Shown here: piece after piece, positions 28,794 through 38,859 of the stretch | Numbering within the stretch: position 1 is the stretch's first letter | How the letters are laid out: each line of letters opens with the position of its first letter | DNA from: Bdellovibrionota bacterium | GTDB lineage: Bacteria; Bdellovibrionota_G; JALEGL01; JAGRMV01 | Assembly (NCBI GenBank): GCA_041391405.1 | Contig: JAWKOB010000003.1 | Location: forward strand, 39,650-103,649 | Reading direction: 5' to 3' | Length of the DNA stretch: 64,000 nucleotides | Notes under the pieces: generated by a model | The model's input: the letters and a program-made list of their open reading frames with translations, nothing else | What the model was told of the DNA's origin: nothing | Databases searched by the model: none | Position numbers and translations under genes: made by a program

Positions 28794-30502
28794 AATACAT
28801 TTCTGATGTACCCAGGATATTGCTTGTAAATGCTGGAATATACAGCTGCGATCAAACGATCTCCCGTCGACAATCTTGGCTTGATGCAGATTTTTCGTGT
28901 TAAATAAACCTCGACCTGGTCCATCAAAAGTTCTCTGGCATCTTCCGTAAGTTTATCCCAAGCCTCCTTGGGAATCGATATGGCAAGACTGTCTTGAGAT
29001 GTTCTTTTTACTTCGTCCGGAACAATGACCAAACGAATGTCATCCTTGATCAAATATGTCTTCATCACGTTTTCAATCCAAGGAATTGAAATCATCAAAA
29101 CAATGAATAGCGTCACAAATGGAATGTGATGTTTTTGCTTCACCTGAGGCTGAACATACGTCGTCATCCTTGCCTTCTTGGTCTGAGGTGAAGTGCTCGG
29201 TTGTTTTTCTGCGGGTTTGGTGACGCGATTGGCGATCGAAAGCTTTCGCTGTTTTTCTTCTTCTTTGGCGATTTCGTCCAAGTGTTCTTGATACGAAGAA
29301 AGCTGCCGATTGATTTTTTGAATTTCTTCAAATGCAGCTGTGTGTGTATCTTGAATATCTTCTTCTTTGATGCGCTGACAGAATGTTTTCAAAAGCGCCG
29401 CCTTGGCTTGATACAGTCGGTTATTGCTTTCGTTGATTTGGTGCCGTTCTGCTGGTTTGTTTTCCTGGATGCTTTTTCTCACCAATCGATCCGAATCCCC
29501 TTCGGCGTATTCGATTTTCTCCAAAAGCTCAGACATGATGGTTACAAGTCGTGTCGAATAATTCTTCGCGGAAATCTTCAGTGACTTGATTTGCTCGAGT
29601 GTTGCTTCGATCATCTGACAGAGTATTTTCGAAGAAACCAACTCCTGCAGACACTTCGAATAATCGTCGTTTTTTTGAAACGACTCCCTTTCATGCTCCA
29701 CGATGTCCGTGATGGAAAGTTCAACGAATAACGGAACTTTGCCGCCGCTGAACATGTCGCGGAAATACGTACCGCGCTCATTCAGAAGCTCGGCGATCAA
29801 ATCCAAGTCCAGTTCCACCGCCGTGTTTTCTGAAAACAGATCGAACTCGTCGGACAATTCGGCTATTTTTTGATCCACCGCGGGCGAAACTTTTAAAAAC
29901 TGCACACCGATCATGAATGGATACTGCGGATGATCGGACGGTATTTGTCTGACAGCGATCGAAGGAATTTCGATGTTTTTCTTTCCTTGATCCATCCAAG
30001 AAATCAAAAGCTTCGTGCCAGCCGATACGTCTCGGCCACTTTGAAACAGCAAACCGTCCTGGCTCACATTCACAAAAACACCTGACATCCATTCATCCCC
30101 GATTTTGAAGCGAACCTCGCCTTCGAATGGAAATCTCTGTGTTCCGCGTTTGGACAAAACCTCCCGCTCGACATTTTCAGATGCATCCGGAGGAAGTTCC
30201 TTGCGATTCAACATCGCTTCGACAAATTCCGGAACTTTGACATTGGCAACGCTGGCCACCGTAAAAAGCTCGATGCGTGCCCGCTTGGCAGAATCTTGGA
30301 GAGAAAGGGAATGGACGGAGGAAATCAGCATGCCTTTGGTATTTGGGGAAAAATCCTTGATGGATCGACAACATTCAATTCCGCTAAGTTTGGGCATGGA
30401 AACGTCCAAAAGAACAAAATCTGGGGCGTGGGCTTTGGCCATTTCCAGCGCATGGGCCCCATCCTCGACCAAAATTAGCTCCATTTCATGCTTTTTGACC
30501 AT
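28775..30502 (-). CDS. receiver(REC)-PilZ-coiled-coil membrane-anchored protein
   Basis: REC core (EDGAHALEMAKAHAPDFVLLDVSMPKLSG). PilZ (RGTQRFPF...NVSQDGLLF). Long coiled coil, one TM helix (IPFVTLFIVLMISIPWI) and a C-terminal domain. An upstream ATG at 30585 (MIVESD...) joins by a 1-nt indel and would complete the REC. Confidence 0.75.
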   Translation of the reverse strand: MVKKHEMELILVEDGAHALEMAKAHAPDFVLLDVSMPKLSGIECCRSIKDFSPNTKGMLISSVHSLSLQDSAKRARIELFTVASVANVKVPEFVEAMLNRKELPPDASENVEREVLSKRGTQRFPFEGEVRFKIGDEWMSGVFVNVSQDGLLFQSGRDVSAGTKLLISWMDQGKKNIEIPSIAVRQIPSDHPQYPFMIGVQFLKVSPAVDQKIAELSDEFDLFSENTAVELDLDLIAELLNERGTYFRDMFSGGKVPLFVELSITDIVEHERESFQKNDDYSKCLQELVSSKILCQMIEATLEQIKSLKISAKNYSTRLVTIMSELLEKIEYAEGDSDRLVRKSIQENKPAERHQINESNNRLYQAKAALLKTFCQRIKEEDIQDTHTAAFEEIQKINRQLSSYQEHLDEIAKEEEKQRKLSIANRVTKPAEKQPSTSPQTKKARMTTYVQPQVKQKHHIPFVTLFIVLMISIPWIENVMKTYLIKDDIRLVIVPDEVKRTSQDSLAISIPKEAWDKLTEDARELLMDQVEVYLTRKICIKPRLSTGDRLIAAVYSSIYKQYPGYIRNVFWMIKS

Positions 30503-30715
30503 GACTGAGATCCATGCCGTGCTCAGAAATAAGCCTTGAATATATAAGGATTTTTTTAGAATTATCGGTCACTTTCTACAATCATAGCCCGACATTTTGA
30601 ACCTGACAATCAATACCCAAAAACCGGCCCAAATCCATGAATTTCCAGCCTTATGCCCCTTGACACCACGAGGGTTTTCGATTACTTATCTCGCTTCTTT
30701 TGAAAGGAAATTAAC

Positions 30716-31018
30716 ATGTACGCTGTCGTAAGAATTGGCACACATCAATACATCGCAAAGCCCGGCGAAAAAATTAAGGTTCAAAAAATCGACGCTCCGA
30801 TCGGTAGCGAAGTTCGTTTTCAAGATCTTCTTATGGTCTCCTCTGACAACTCAGTCAAATTGAAGAACGTTTCTGGTACCGTCGTCGGAAAAATCGTGGA
30901 ACAAGACCGCGAAAAGAAAGTCGAAGTTTACAAAAAGAAAAAACGTAAAGGTTATGAAAAAACGATCGGTCATCGTCAGTATTATACGATGGTAGAGATC
31001 AAAGGAATCGAGGCGTAA
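30716..31018 (+). CDS. rplU: 50S ribosomal protein L21
   Basis: 100 aa, [22 protein letters not shown]... Confidence 0.95.
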   Translation: MYAVVRIGTHQYIAKPGEKIKVQKIDAPIGSEVRFQDLLMVSSDNSVKLKNVSGTVVGKIVEQDREKKVEVYKKKKRKGYEKTIGHRQYYTMVEIKGIEA

Positions 31019-31019
31019 C

Positions 31020-31277
31020 ATGGCTCATAAGAAAGCGGGCGGAAGCTCCAAAAACGGTCGCGATAGCAATGGCCAACGTCGTGGCATCAAAGTTTATGGT
31101 GGTCAAATCGTTCTTGCTGGCAACATCCTTGTTCGTCAGTGCGGAACCAAAATTCACCCAGGCGCTAACGTAGGTCACGGAAAAGATCACACTCTTTTCG
31201 CGACCATTGACGGAATTGTTGAGTATTCAAGACTCGGCAAAGACAAGAAAAAAGTCAGCGTTAAACCAGTCGAATAG
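31020..31277 (+). CDS. rpmA: 50S ribosomal protein L27
   Basis: 85 aa, [29 protein letters not shown]... Confidence 0.95.
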   Translation: MAHKKAGGSSKNGRDSNGQRRGIKVYGGQIVLAGNILVRQCGTKIHPGANVGHGKDHTLFATIDGIVEYSRLGKDKKKVSVKPVE

Positions 31278-31299
31278 TACTAGGTTTTAAAGTTTTAAG

Positions 31300-31340
31300 A
31301 TGGCGACTGTACCTCAAAGGCACCAGTCGCCATTTTTTTT
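31300..31340 (+). terminator. intrinsic terminator/attenuator between rpmA and obg
   Basis: 10-bp stem ATGGCGACTG/CAGTCGCCAT, 14-nt loop, followed by T8. Confidence 0.7.
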
Positions 31341-31353
31341 AGTTTAGGAACAA

Positions 31354-32356
31354 ATGGCAATCAAGAACTCATTCATCGATCAAACCAAGATTTTCGTCAA
31401 AGCCGGAGACGGTGGCGACGGAAAAATTAGTTTCAATCGGGAAAAGTACAAACCCAAAGGCGGTCCAGATGGCGGCGACGGCGGCAATGGGGGAAGTATT
31501 ATTCTTGTCGGATCAAAGGATGAGACTTCACTTTTGACCTATCGATATAAAAAACACTTCCGCGCTCAGGATGGGAAAAGTGGCCAGGGCAAAAACAAAA
31601 AAGGCGCTTCCGGAGAAGATATGTACCTGCGCGTGCCGCTCGGCACAATCGTCAAAGATATCGACACGGGGGAAATTCGCGGAGAAATCCTGCATGATAA
31701 GGAAGAATGGGTCATGGAAAAAGGCGGCAAGGGCGGCATCGGAAATGTGCGCTTTGCTTCCTCCACCAACCGTGCCCCAAGACAATCGACTCCGGGCGAA
31801 AAACACGAAGGCCACTGGGTACAGCTTGAGCTCAAGCTTTTGGCGGATTTGGGTATCGTTGGATTTCCAAATGCCGGCAAATCCACCCTTCTCAAAACAC
31901 TCACCAATGCGAAACCAAAAATCGGCAACTACGCCTTCACAACGTTGAGTCCAAATTTAGGCGTTCTCAAAGTGAAGGAAAAATCCATCCGTATCGGTGA
32001 CATCCCTGGAATCATCGAGGGGGCGCACGAAGGTTTGGGGCTGGGGTTTCAATTTTTGAAACACATTCAACGCAACAAAGCTCTTCTATTTTTGATTTCT
32101 GCAGACCCAAAAAGAGCCACACAAGCCCGAACAGCAATTCGAAACATTGAGAAATGAGATCAATGAATACGATGACAGCATTCTTCAACGCTGTCCCATT
32201 CTTGTGGCGTTGAATAAGGTCGACTTGAGCACGAAAACAAAGCTGGACAAAAGCCTGGCATACTTCAAAAAAATAAAGCTTGCTCCATTGCTGATCTCTT
32301 GCAAAAATGGAAATGGCATTGAAGCTCTCGCAAAACAGATTCATGACAAAATGTAA
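31354..32356 (+). pseudogene. obg: GTPase Obg/CgtA, frame broken once (fragments 31354..32157 and 32147..32356)
   Basis: Obg fold with Gly-rich GGDGGDG/GGNGG, G1 GFPNAGKST and G3 DIPG. The G4 motif NKVD is in the second frame. The break lies at the C3/A5 run, 32106-32113. Confidence 0.85.
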
Positions 32357-33058
32357 GCTTCTATCTATTCTCGCGCTTGTCGTTTTCGCTTCTTGCGCTG
32401 AAGAAAAGGGGCAAAAAGTCGTATCACTCACCGACAGTTCCTTGAGTTCCATTTTTGAACGTCTCACTGAAAAGTCCAATCCCTTCGAGTTTTACAAGGA
32501 CGTGTACGAAAATTTCCGCTTTGAATTGAAAAGCACGTTGATTACCCCAACTCAGCAACAGGAAACGGCCCCCGTGGAATCAGTGGCCATTTTTGAAAGC
32601 AACGAAAACGATGAGAGTCGTTTCTATAAAAAATCTTTGAACCCATCGCTGAAGTTGAATGGATCGGAAAAAAAGACAAAGACTTCATTCGATATGACGA
32701 CTCCAAGAATTTCATCAGAACTTCCTACAATCCAGAATTCGAAAAATGGAAAAAAAGGATGTTTTCCGACATTCAACTGATCTTCGATTTGAAAGAGTTG
32801 GAGAACCACGGTCCCAAAGTTGAGAAAAATCAGTGGTCCTGTTTTGAACATGAGAAGCAAAAAATCTGCATCGACTCCAAGACCGGCCTGCCTGTCTTCG
32901 GCAAAGCCATCAAACAAATCAAGACGGACACGGCGATTTCCATGGTTTTTTCACTGACTTACGGACAGGACGCCGTTCCCGAGCCGGAAGAGGAGAAAAA
33001 AGAGGCCCCGCCCGCAAAGCCTAAAAAACGGGCATTGCCTTCGAAGAAAAAAGTTTGA
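32343..33058 (+). pseudogene. lipoprotein of unknown function, frame broken at A7 run (32668-32674)
   Basis: MTKCKLLSILALVVFASCAEE lipobox. The second frame continues DKDFIRYDDSKNF...MFSDIQLIFDLK... and ends in a Lys/Pro-rich tail. Confidence 0.5.
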
Positions 33059-33077
33059 TATAATCAAAGGAGATCAT

Positions 33078-33470
33078 TTGGCAGCTAAAATTACAAAAAA
33101 ATTGAACTCGATCAAAGCCGTAACCCTCAAAATTCTTGACCATAAAGGTCTCGAAGTCAGGGCCGTCAACGTTGCAAAACATTGCTCTTATGCAGACTAT
33201 TTTCTTTTCGTCACTGCAACTTCATCCACCCACGCCCAAGCCATCGCCAATGCCCTTGCGGCCAGTTTTCCAGTTCCTTCGAACAAAATCGAAGGCTATC
33301 AAAAAGGCGAATGGATCATCATCGATCTTGGGGACATTCTGGTGCATGTTTTCCAAAAATCTTTCAGACAGTTCTACAACTTGGACAAATTGTGGTCCCA
33401 CGCTCCCGACGTGTCTTTCGCAAAAATGGGGATTGCCTCCGAACCGACTCAGATGGTATCGGCGTTCTAA
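33078..33470 (+). CDS. rsfS: ribosomal silencing factor RsfS
   Basis: 130 aa, TTG start. CSYADYFLFVTATSSTHAQAI...GEWIIIDLGDILVHVF..R.FYNLDKLW is the RsfS/iojap signature. Confidence 0.85.
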   Translation: MAAKITKKLNSIKAVTLKILDHKGLEVRAVNVAKHCSYADYFLFVTATSSTHAQAIANALAASFPVPSNKIEGYQKGEWIIIDLGDILVHVFQKSFRQFYNLDKLWSHAPDVSFAKMGIASEPTQMVSAF

Positions 33471-33473
33471 TTC

Positions 33474-33923
33474 GTGAAACTTTCCGTCGTATTTGTCGGA
33501 CATAAGTTCGAATCCTTTGAAGAAGATTGGATTCATCTTTATCTGAAGCGATTGAAGAATTATGTCTCGATCGATTGGGTTCGTCTCAATCCCAAGAAAA
33601 AATTCAGTGAAGACGAATTCATTGCGGAGATCGAAAAAAAATGTCCGCCGGGAGCCCAAGTGGTTTTATTGGATGACGGTGGCAAAAGCTGGAACACCCA
33701 AGACTTCAGGGATTGGATTGACAAGCAGGAAATACAATCCAGATCCGTTTGTTTTGTAATTGGAGAATCCCATGGGTTCTCGGAAAAGCTTCTGAAAAAA
33801 TTTCCGTTTCATCTAAGTCTTTCAAAGCTCACTTTTCCGCATAAACTCGCCCTGCTCATTTTATTCGAACAATTGTACAGAGTGTATTCGTGGAAAGCCG
33901 GTTCTCCCTACCACCACGAATAG
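33474..33923 (+). CDS. rlmH: 23S rRNA (pseudouridine1915-N3)-methyltransferase RlmH
   Basis: 149 aa, GTG start. SPOUT RlmH pattern (VCFVIGESHGFS...SLSKLTFPHKLALLILFEQLYR). rsfS-rlmH synteny. Confidence 0.85.
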   Translation: MKLSVVFVGHKFESFEEDWIHLYLKRLKNYVSIDWVRLNPKKKFSEDEFIAEIEKKCPPGAQVVLLDDGGKSWNTQDFRDWIDKQEIQSRSVCFVIGESHGFSEKLLKKFPFHLSLSKLTFPHKLALLILFEQLYRVYSWKAGSPYHHE

Positions 33924-34014
33924 AACTAGGGCTCGTGTATTTTTTCGCATTTATTACTTCTCTATCGCAGGCTCCCAGCTTAGAATATTCGTAGTTTAGC
34001 ATCAGGAGAATCAA

Positions 34015-35211
34015 ATGAAGAAAATTGTCGCACTTAGTCTAACACTGTTTGCATCCCAGGCGTTTGCAACAGGCTATTCAAAACCAGTTCAAGGTGGAAC
34101 GAAGGCCATCGGTATGGGTGGAGCGTTTGTCGCTGTAGCGGATGATACCACCGCGATTTATCACAACCCCGCTGGCATGTCCCAACTCAAGAAAGATCAT
34201 AACTTTCAACTTGGCGTCGATACCATGTTCGCCAAACTTCACTATGAACCAGTTACTGGACCTGCCGAAGACAGTGATCGCCAAATCTTCCCTCTTCCAA
34301 ACTTTGGTTACGTCAATCGCCAGCTTGGCGCACTTTCATTCGGATTGGGATTGTACCTGCCGCATGGAAACGGAAACAAATTCAGCGTTCCAGCGTCCAA
34401 CCCAACAGACCCGAATGAAGGATTGCTGTACACCATGGAAATTGATCCAGCTGTTTCCTTCGAAGTAATCAAAGGTCTTAGCCTTGGTGCTTCCTTGCGC
34501 GTCACACGTATGTCCCTCAACATCAAAGGTCAGCCACTGCAATTGGCTCCAGCTGTATTCGATGTACTCAATGAAATCAGTGTAAGTGGGTGGACCTACG
34601 GCGCGGCGGCTGGTTTCTTGGCTCAACCAACCGATTGGCTTCGCATCGGTGGTAACTATCGATCCAAAGTCAGCAAAAAATTGGGCGGCAGTGGTGAGCT
34701 CGCAACACTCGGTGCGTTTGATGCCGACATTGACATAACTGTTCCAACCTTGATCACAGGTGGTTTTGCAGCTCAAGCAACGGACAAACTTCTCCTATCC
34801 TTCCAATATGGATATGAAAGAAACTCCGAAGTAAAAACATTTACAGTTACTTCACCCGATATCGGTGGTGCTCCAGCAACATTGCCCATTGCGCAAAACT
34901 GGAAAGATTCGCATACCTATCATTTTGGTATGAAGTATGACCTGATGAAAAGCCTAGGGGTGATCGCGGGTTATGCCCGTGACTTTAATGCTTCGATTCC
35001 TGCAACCAGCATCAACCGTACAAGCGGGGACTTTGACTGCCAGGAGGCATCTGCAGGTTTGTTGGTGGATTTGGGTCGTTACAATGCAGGTCTTGCCTGG
35101 AACGGTCGTTGGGGAAGCAACACCTACCCTGCGGCTCCTGGTGTGAATGCCCCTGGATATTACCAAGCCTTCTTGCACACCATCAGTGCAAATGTAGGTT
35201 TCAGCCTGTAA
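34015..35211 (+). CDS. FadL/OmpP1/TodX-family outer-membrane transport protein
   Basis: 398 aa. Signal peptide, N-terminal hatch GMGGAFVAVADDTTAIYHNPAGM, beta-barrel periodicity, C-terminal aromatic-rich strand. Confidence 0.75.
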   Translation: MKKIVALSLTLFASQAFATGYSKPVQGGTKAIGMGGAFVAVADDTTAIYHNPAGMSQLKKDHNFQLGVDTMFAKLHYEPVTGPAEDSDRQIFPLPNFGYVNRQLGALSFGLGLYLPHGNGNKFSVPASNPTDPNEGLLYTMEIDPAVSFEVIKGLSLGASLRVTRMSLNIKGQPLQLAPAVFDVLNEISVSGWTYGAAAGFLAQPTDWLRIGGNYRSKVSKKLGGSGELATLGAFDADIDITVPTLITGGFAAQATDKLLLSFQYGYERNSEVKTFTVTSPDIGGAPATLPIAQNWKDSHTYHFGMKYDLMKSLGVIAGYARDFNASIPATSINRTSGDFDCQEASAGLLVDLGRYNAGLAWNGRWGSNTYPAAPGVNAPGYYQAFLHTISANVGFSL

Positions 35212-35229
35212 TTTGAAAATAATAAATAA

Positions 35230-35260
35230 CAAAAAGCCCGTCATTTCTGACGGGCTTTTT
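35230..35260. terminator. bidirectional intrinsic terminator between convergent fadL-like and add genes
   Basis: A5-AGCCCGTCA-TTTC-TGACGGGCT-T6. A perfect 9-bp stem flanked by an A-run and a T-run. Confidence 0.8.
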
Positions 35261-35267
35261 TATTGTC

Positions 35268-36291
35268 CTAAATTTTAGCGATTTCGGTTTTGATCGATTC
35301 GATCAAAGATTTTTTCTGGCCCCCTGGAAGGAAGGCTCCTTCAAATCCATGAATGGCGATCTGTTTCATTTCGTCTGGAGTCATTTCAAGATATTGGGCG
35401 CATCGTTCATATTCATCTGAAACGACAATGCCGGTCAGCAAACGGTTGTCTGTATTTAATGTAACTTTCACACCTTTGTGCAAAAGCTTTCTGACTGGAT
35501 GCTCGGAAAAATTCTCCGTGAGCATGATTTGAACGTTGCTGGAAGGACAGCATTCCACAATAATGTTTTTTTCAATCACGTGCTGAATTAATTTTTCATC
35601 CTCGATCAACGTTCTTCCATGCCCAATGCGAATTGCTCCACATTCGTCGATCGCCTGCCAAATGCTACTTGGAGCATCATCTTCTCCAGCGTGGATGGTG
35701 ACCGAAAGCCCACCTTGGATAGCGATATCAAATGCTTTCTTGTGTGCTCGAGCCGGGAATCCTCGTTCAGCACCTGCCAGATCATATCCCACAACTCCTT
35801 CGGATTTCATTGAAACTGCAATTCGAGCCAGATCCGCATTTACAGCCGGATCCAACGTACGAATTCCGCACATGATTTGACCAACTTCAATGTTGTATTT
35901 TTCTTTTGCCCGAAGAATCCCGCGTTGAACAGCTGTGATAGCTTGTTCCTGGGTCATTCCTTGGTTGGTTAAAAATCCTGGGTAATATCGAATATTCAAA
36001 TAGCGACATTTTCTTTGGCCGCGTCCTCGACAAGTTCAAATGCAATTTGCTCCAAGGCTGTTGAAGTCTGCATCACTGAACATGTGATATCAAATGCTTG
36101 CAAAAATATTGGCAGGGAACGAACGAGTTCTCCACATATCAATTTTTCTTCAGCTCATCCATTGAAAGCTGGCTGAGTGGAAGATTTTCCTGTTTGGCCA
36201 AATTCAAAATGGTCTGTGGTCGCATCGACCCATCCAAATGACAATGCAAATCCGTCTTTGGAAGTTTATGAATGAAATCTTGAAGGTTCAT
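35268..36291 (-). pseudogene. add: adenosine deaminase, two frame breaks (fragments 35268..35999, ~36003..36145, 36139..36291)
   Basis: The N-terminus [22 protein letters not shown] carries the HxHLDG metal site. C-terminal parts include SVTIHAGE and LNTDN motifs. The breaks lie at T3 (~36000) and A5 (~36142). Confidence 0.85.
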
Positions 36292-36440
36292 TTTACACCT
36301 AAAAATGCGACCCGTTAGGTCGCTCTGTGAGGCGAATGCCTCACCAAAAACAGTTGCCCCTTTTGGTACGGTCCAACTAATGCGGCGCGACGGCGCCGCC
36401 AACTACAATGGTCTTTTCACCATTTCTCCAATGCGATTCA
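36292..36440 (-). promoter_or_regulatory. structured 5' leader of add with terminator-like hairpin abutting the SD
   Basis: On the minus strand there are four hairpins: TGGTgaaaagACCA, GCGGCGCcgtcGCGCCGC, GTGAGGCattcGCCTCAC and GCGACCtaacgGGTCGC. The last is followed by ATTTTT-AGGTG-taaa-ATG. Confidence 0.35.
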
Positions 36441-36505
36441 TTATTCTATTCATATTATGAAATGAGAAGCTCAAAAAAAGCTTAGAAAGCTCCTGCAAGG
36501 AGAAA

Positions 36506-36581
36506 TGGTGCCCAAGGCCGGAATTGAACCAGCGACACACGGATTTTCAATCCGTTGCTCTACCAACTGAGCTACTTGGGC
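36506..36581 (-). tRNA. tRNA-Phe (anticodon GAA)
   Basis: A 76-nt cloverleaf, folded by hand: acceptor GCCCAAG/CTTGGGC, D arm GCTC-AGTTGGTA-GAGC, anticodon arm ACGGA-TTGAAAA-TCCGT, T arm GCTGG-TTCAATT-CCGGC, A73, encoded CCA. Confidence 0.95.
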
Positions 36582-36652
36582 ACAATAGGATCAGTTAAGT
36601 ATTCGAAACTGCTGATTTTGGCAATGGAAAATCGCTCTGATACTATGTTGCG

Positions 36653-37253
36653 GTGAAGGCCTCATTGACCATTTTAACCGTTCTGGGAATCCTTTTTGCC
36701 TATCCAACCCAGGCGATGCCCAAATATTGGGATGAATATTCCGGGATGGAACGGGAAGAAATGCTGACTCGAACCACGCTCGAACAAGCTCATAAAGACT
36801 TCGCAGGGATTGCAGCGGGTATGTGCAGGCCATTCTTTCGAATCTGGGACATGATGTCGCTGGGTTTACCCGTCAATACGGAATTCGAACCAATGGCGTC
36901 GCGCAAATCTTTGAATATGTCGAGCGTTCCGGAACCATTTACAAAAATGAGCTTCCCAAAATCGGTGATTTGATTTTTTCTCCAATACTTATGACGTCAA
37001 TCGAGATGGTCGAATCAACGATAAACTTTCCCACATCGGAATTGGGACCAAAATCGATGAAGAGGGAACCATCAGCTTCAAGCATGTGATCCATCGTGAA
37101 ATCAAAACCGACTATATCAATCTCTCAAAACCCACCCTTCACTCGTACAAAGGACGAATTATCAATAGTTACATTCGAAGAGCTGGGAAAAACTCCTCCT
37201 ACCCCACGACAACATCGCAACTATTTGATTTCTTTGGATCTTTATCACCTTAA
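36653..37253 (+). pseudogene. NlpC/P60 (C40) family cell-wall peptidase, two frame breaks
   Basis: Signal peptide MKASLTILTVLGILFAYPTQA. The second frame gives the catalytic RDCSGYVQAILSNLG and GDLIF. The third frame gives NTYDVNRDGRINDKLSHIGIG...FKHV. One break is at the T6 run, 36974-36979. Confidence 0.7.
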
Positions 37254-37346
37254 ATAGGTAGGACCGAGCTTGACGGAAAGACTTGTTTCCTTAAAAGGGT
37301 GACAAATTTTTGGCTGTAACGGCCTTTACCCATTGGGGAGAACCAC

Positions 37347-38394
37347 ATGAAAAATATTTTGGAACAAATGCAAGAACGCAAATTTGAAGACATCCACTTT
37401 CACTACGATAACGAAACCGGTCTCAAATCAATCATTGCGATTCACAACACTCAGCGGGGTCCTGCACTTGGTGGTTGTCGTTTTTACATATCCATATGCC
37501 AACGAAGCTGCTGCTCTTGAAGACGTGATGAATCTTGCGCAAGCCATGACCTACAAAGCTGCTTTGGCTGGCCTTCCTCTTGGTGGTGGTAAATCGATCA
37601 TCATCGGTGATCCAAAAACTGAAAAGAATGAAAAAAAATTGGAAGCTTTCGCAAAGTTTGTTGAAAGCCTCGGCGGCAATTACATCACTTCCGTAGACTC
37701 CGGAACAACTCCGACCGATATGAACGTTTATCTTCGCCACACAAAACATGTGGTGGCTACACCTGAATTTGGTGGTGCTGGCGATCCATCTCCAGTGACC
37801 GCTTTGGGTGTCTTTGAAGGCATCAAAGCTTGCGCAAAACATGAATTCGGAACGGATGATCTGAAAGGTCGCACAGTTGCCATTCAAGGTACAGGTAACG
37901 TGGGCGCATCACTTGCAAAGATGTTGAAAAATGCAGGCGCTGAATTGATCATCGCTGATCGTGATGAAGCCAAAGCCAAAGCTTTGGCCACTGAACTTGG
38001 CGCGAGGTTGGTCGGCACAGATCAAATCCTAGAAGAAAAATGCGATATCCTTGCTCCATGCGCCATGGGTAACGTGATCAACGAAACCAACCTCAATAAA
38101 ATCAAATGCAAAGTTGTGGCTGGCGGAGCAAACAATCCTTTGGCTTCCGTTGAAATCGGTGAAAAACTTCATCAGATGGGCATTTTGTATGCTCCAGATT
38201 TTGCCATCAACGCAGGTGGCTTGATTCACGTGGCACATGAAATTGAAGGCTACGATCGTGAAAAAGCGGAAAAGAAAACGCGTGATATTTACTTCACCAT
38301 CGAAAAAATCATGGCTCGATCGGAAAAGGAAAATCTTGCAACTGCAGTGATTGCTCGCAAGATGGCGAAAGAAATCCTCGACGCCTCAAAGTAA
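37347..38394 (+). pseudogene. Leu/Val/Phe-type amino-acid dehydrogenase (Glu/Leu/Phe/Val DH family), one frame break at T5 (37481-37485)
   Basis: First frame: MKNILEQ...[22 protein letters not shown]. Second frame: [42 protein letters not shown], plus the Rossmann motif GTGNVG. Confidence 0.85.
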
Positions 38395-38409
38395 GATCGA
38401 ATTTTTAAA

Positions 38410-38859
38410 TTAGTTTGAAGCAGCAGAATTCTTTTCTTGCTGTTCTTTAAGCTTCTGTTTGCGTTGCTTCATGAAATCTTCATGTGCATTGATCTTGTCG
38501 ATCGCATTGCGTGCCGAAGATTTAACTTGAGTATTCGAACTTTTTTCAATCAATTCGTACAAAGGTTTAAGCGAGCTGGTATCTCCCAAGCGACCCAATG
38601 AGTACGCGCACTGAATGCGAACATCGTCGTTGGCATCCGATAATCCCTTGATCAATGATGGAACGGCGATATTGCTCTGCAAAGCTCCCAAATGTCTCGC
38701 TGCCTGTTTGCGCACGATGATCAGCGGGTTGGTTTCCAGAGTTTTCATCCAATATTGAATGTGTTCCTGATTCACAGGCAGGCTGGAAGTCGATTGCGCA
38801 TCGACGGCCAGTGCACCAAAACTGAAAAACAAAACTGCTGACAAAAAGATTCGAATCAT
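38410..38859 (-). CDS. HEAT-repeat (PBS-lyase type) periplasmic protein
   Basis: 149 aa. Signal peptide, then repeated VR..AA..LG motifs (ARHLGALQS..., VRIQCAYSLGRLGD, VKSSARNAIDKI). Confidence 0.7.
   Translation of the reverse strand: MIRIFLSAVLFFSFGALAVDAQSTSSLPVNQEHIQYWMKTLETNPLIIVRKQAARHLGALQSNIAVPSLIKGLSDANDDVRIQCAYSLGRLGDTSSLKPLYELIEKSSNTQVKSSARNAIDKINAHEDFMKQRKQKLKEQQEKNSAASN

Noticed and set aside
36292-36402. N-terminal extension of the add ORF ([37 protein letters not shown])
   Set aside because: The adenosine deaminase homology begins at [21 protein letters not shown] (ATG 36291, preceded by AGGTG). The extension runs through the GC-rich hairpins of the leader and has no protein-like features.
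36292-36440. Canonical purine (adenine/guanine) riboswitch upstream of add
   Set aside because: I looked for the conserved aptamer elements (UAUAAU junction, GAUAUGG and CCGUAAAU loops, GACUAUG) on the minus strand and did not find them. Loop sizes of 4-6 nt also disagree. The segment is kept only as an unclassified structured leader.
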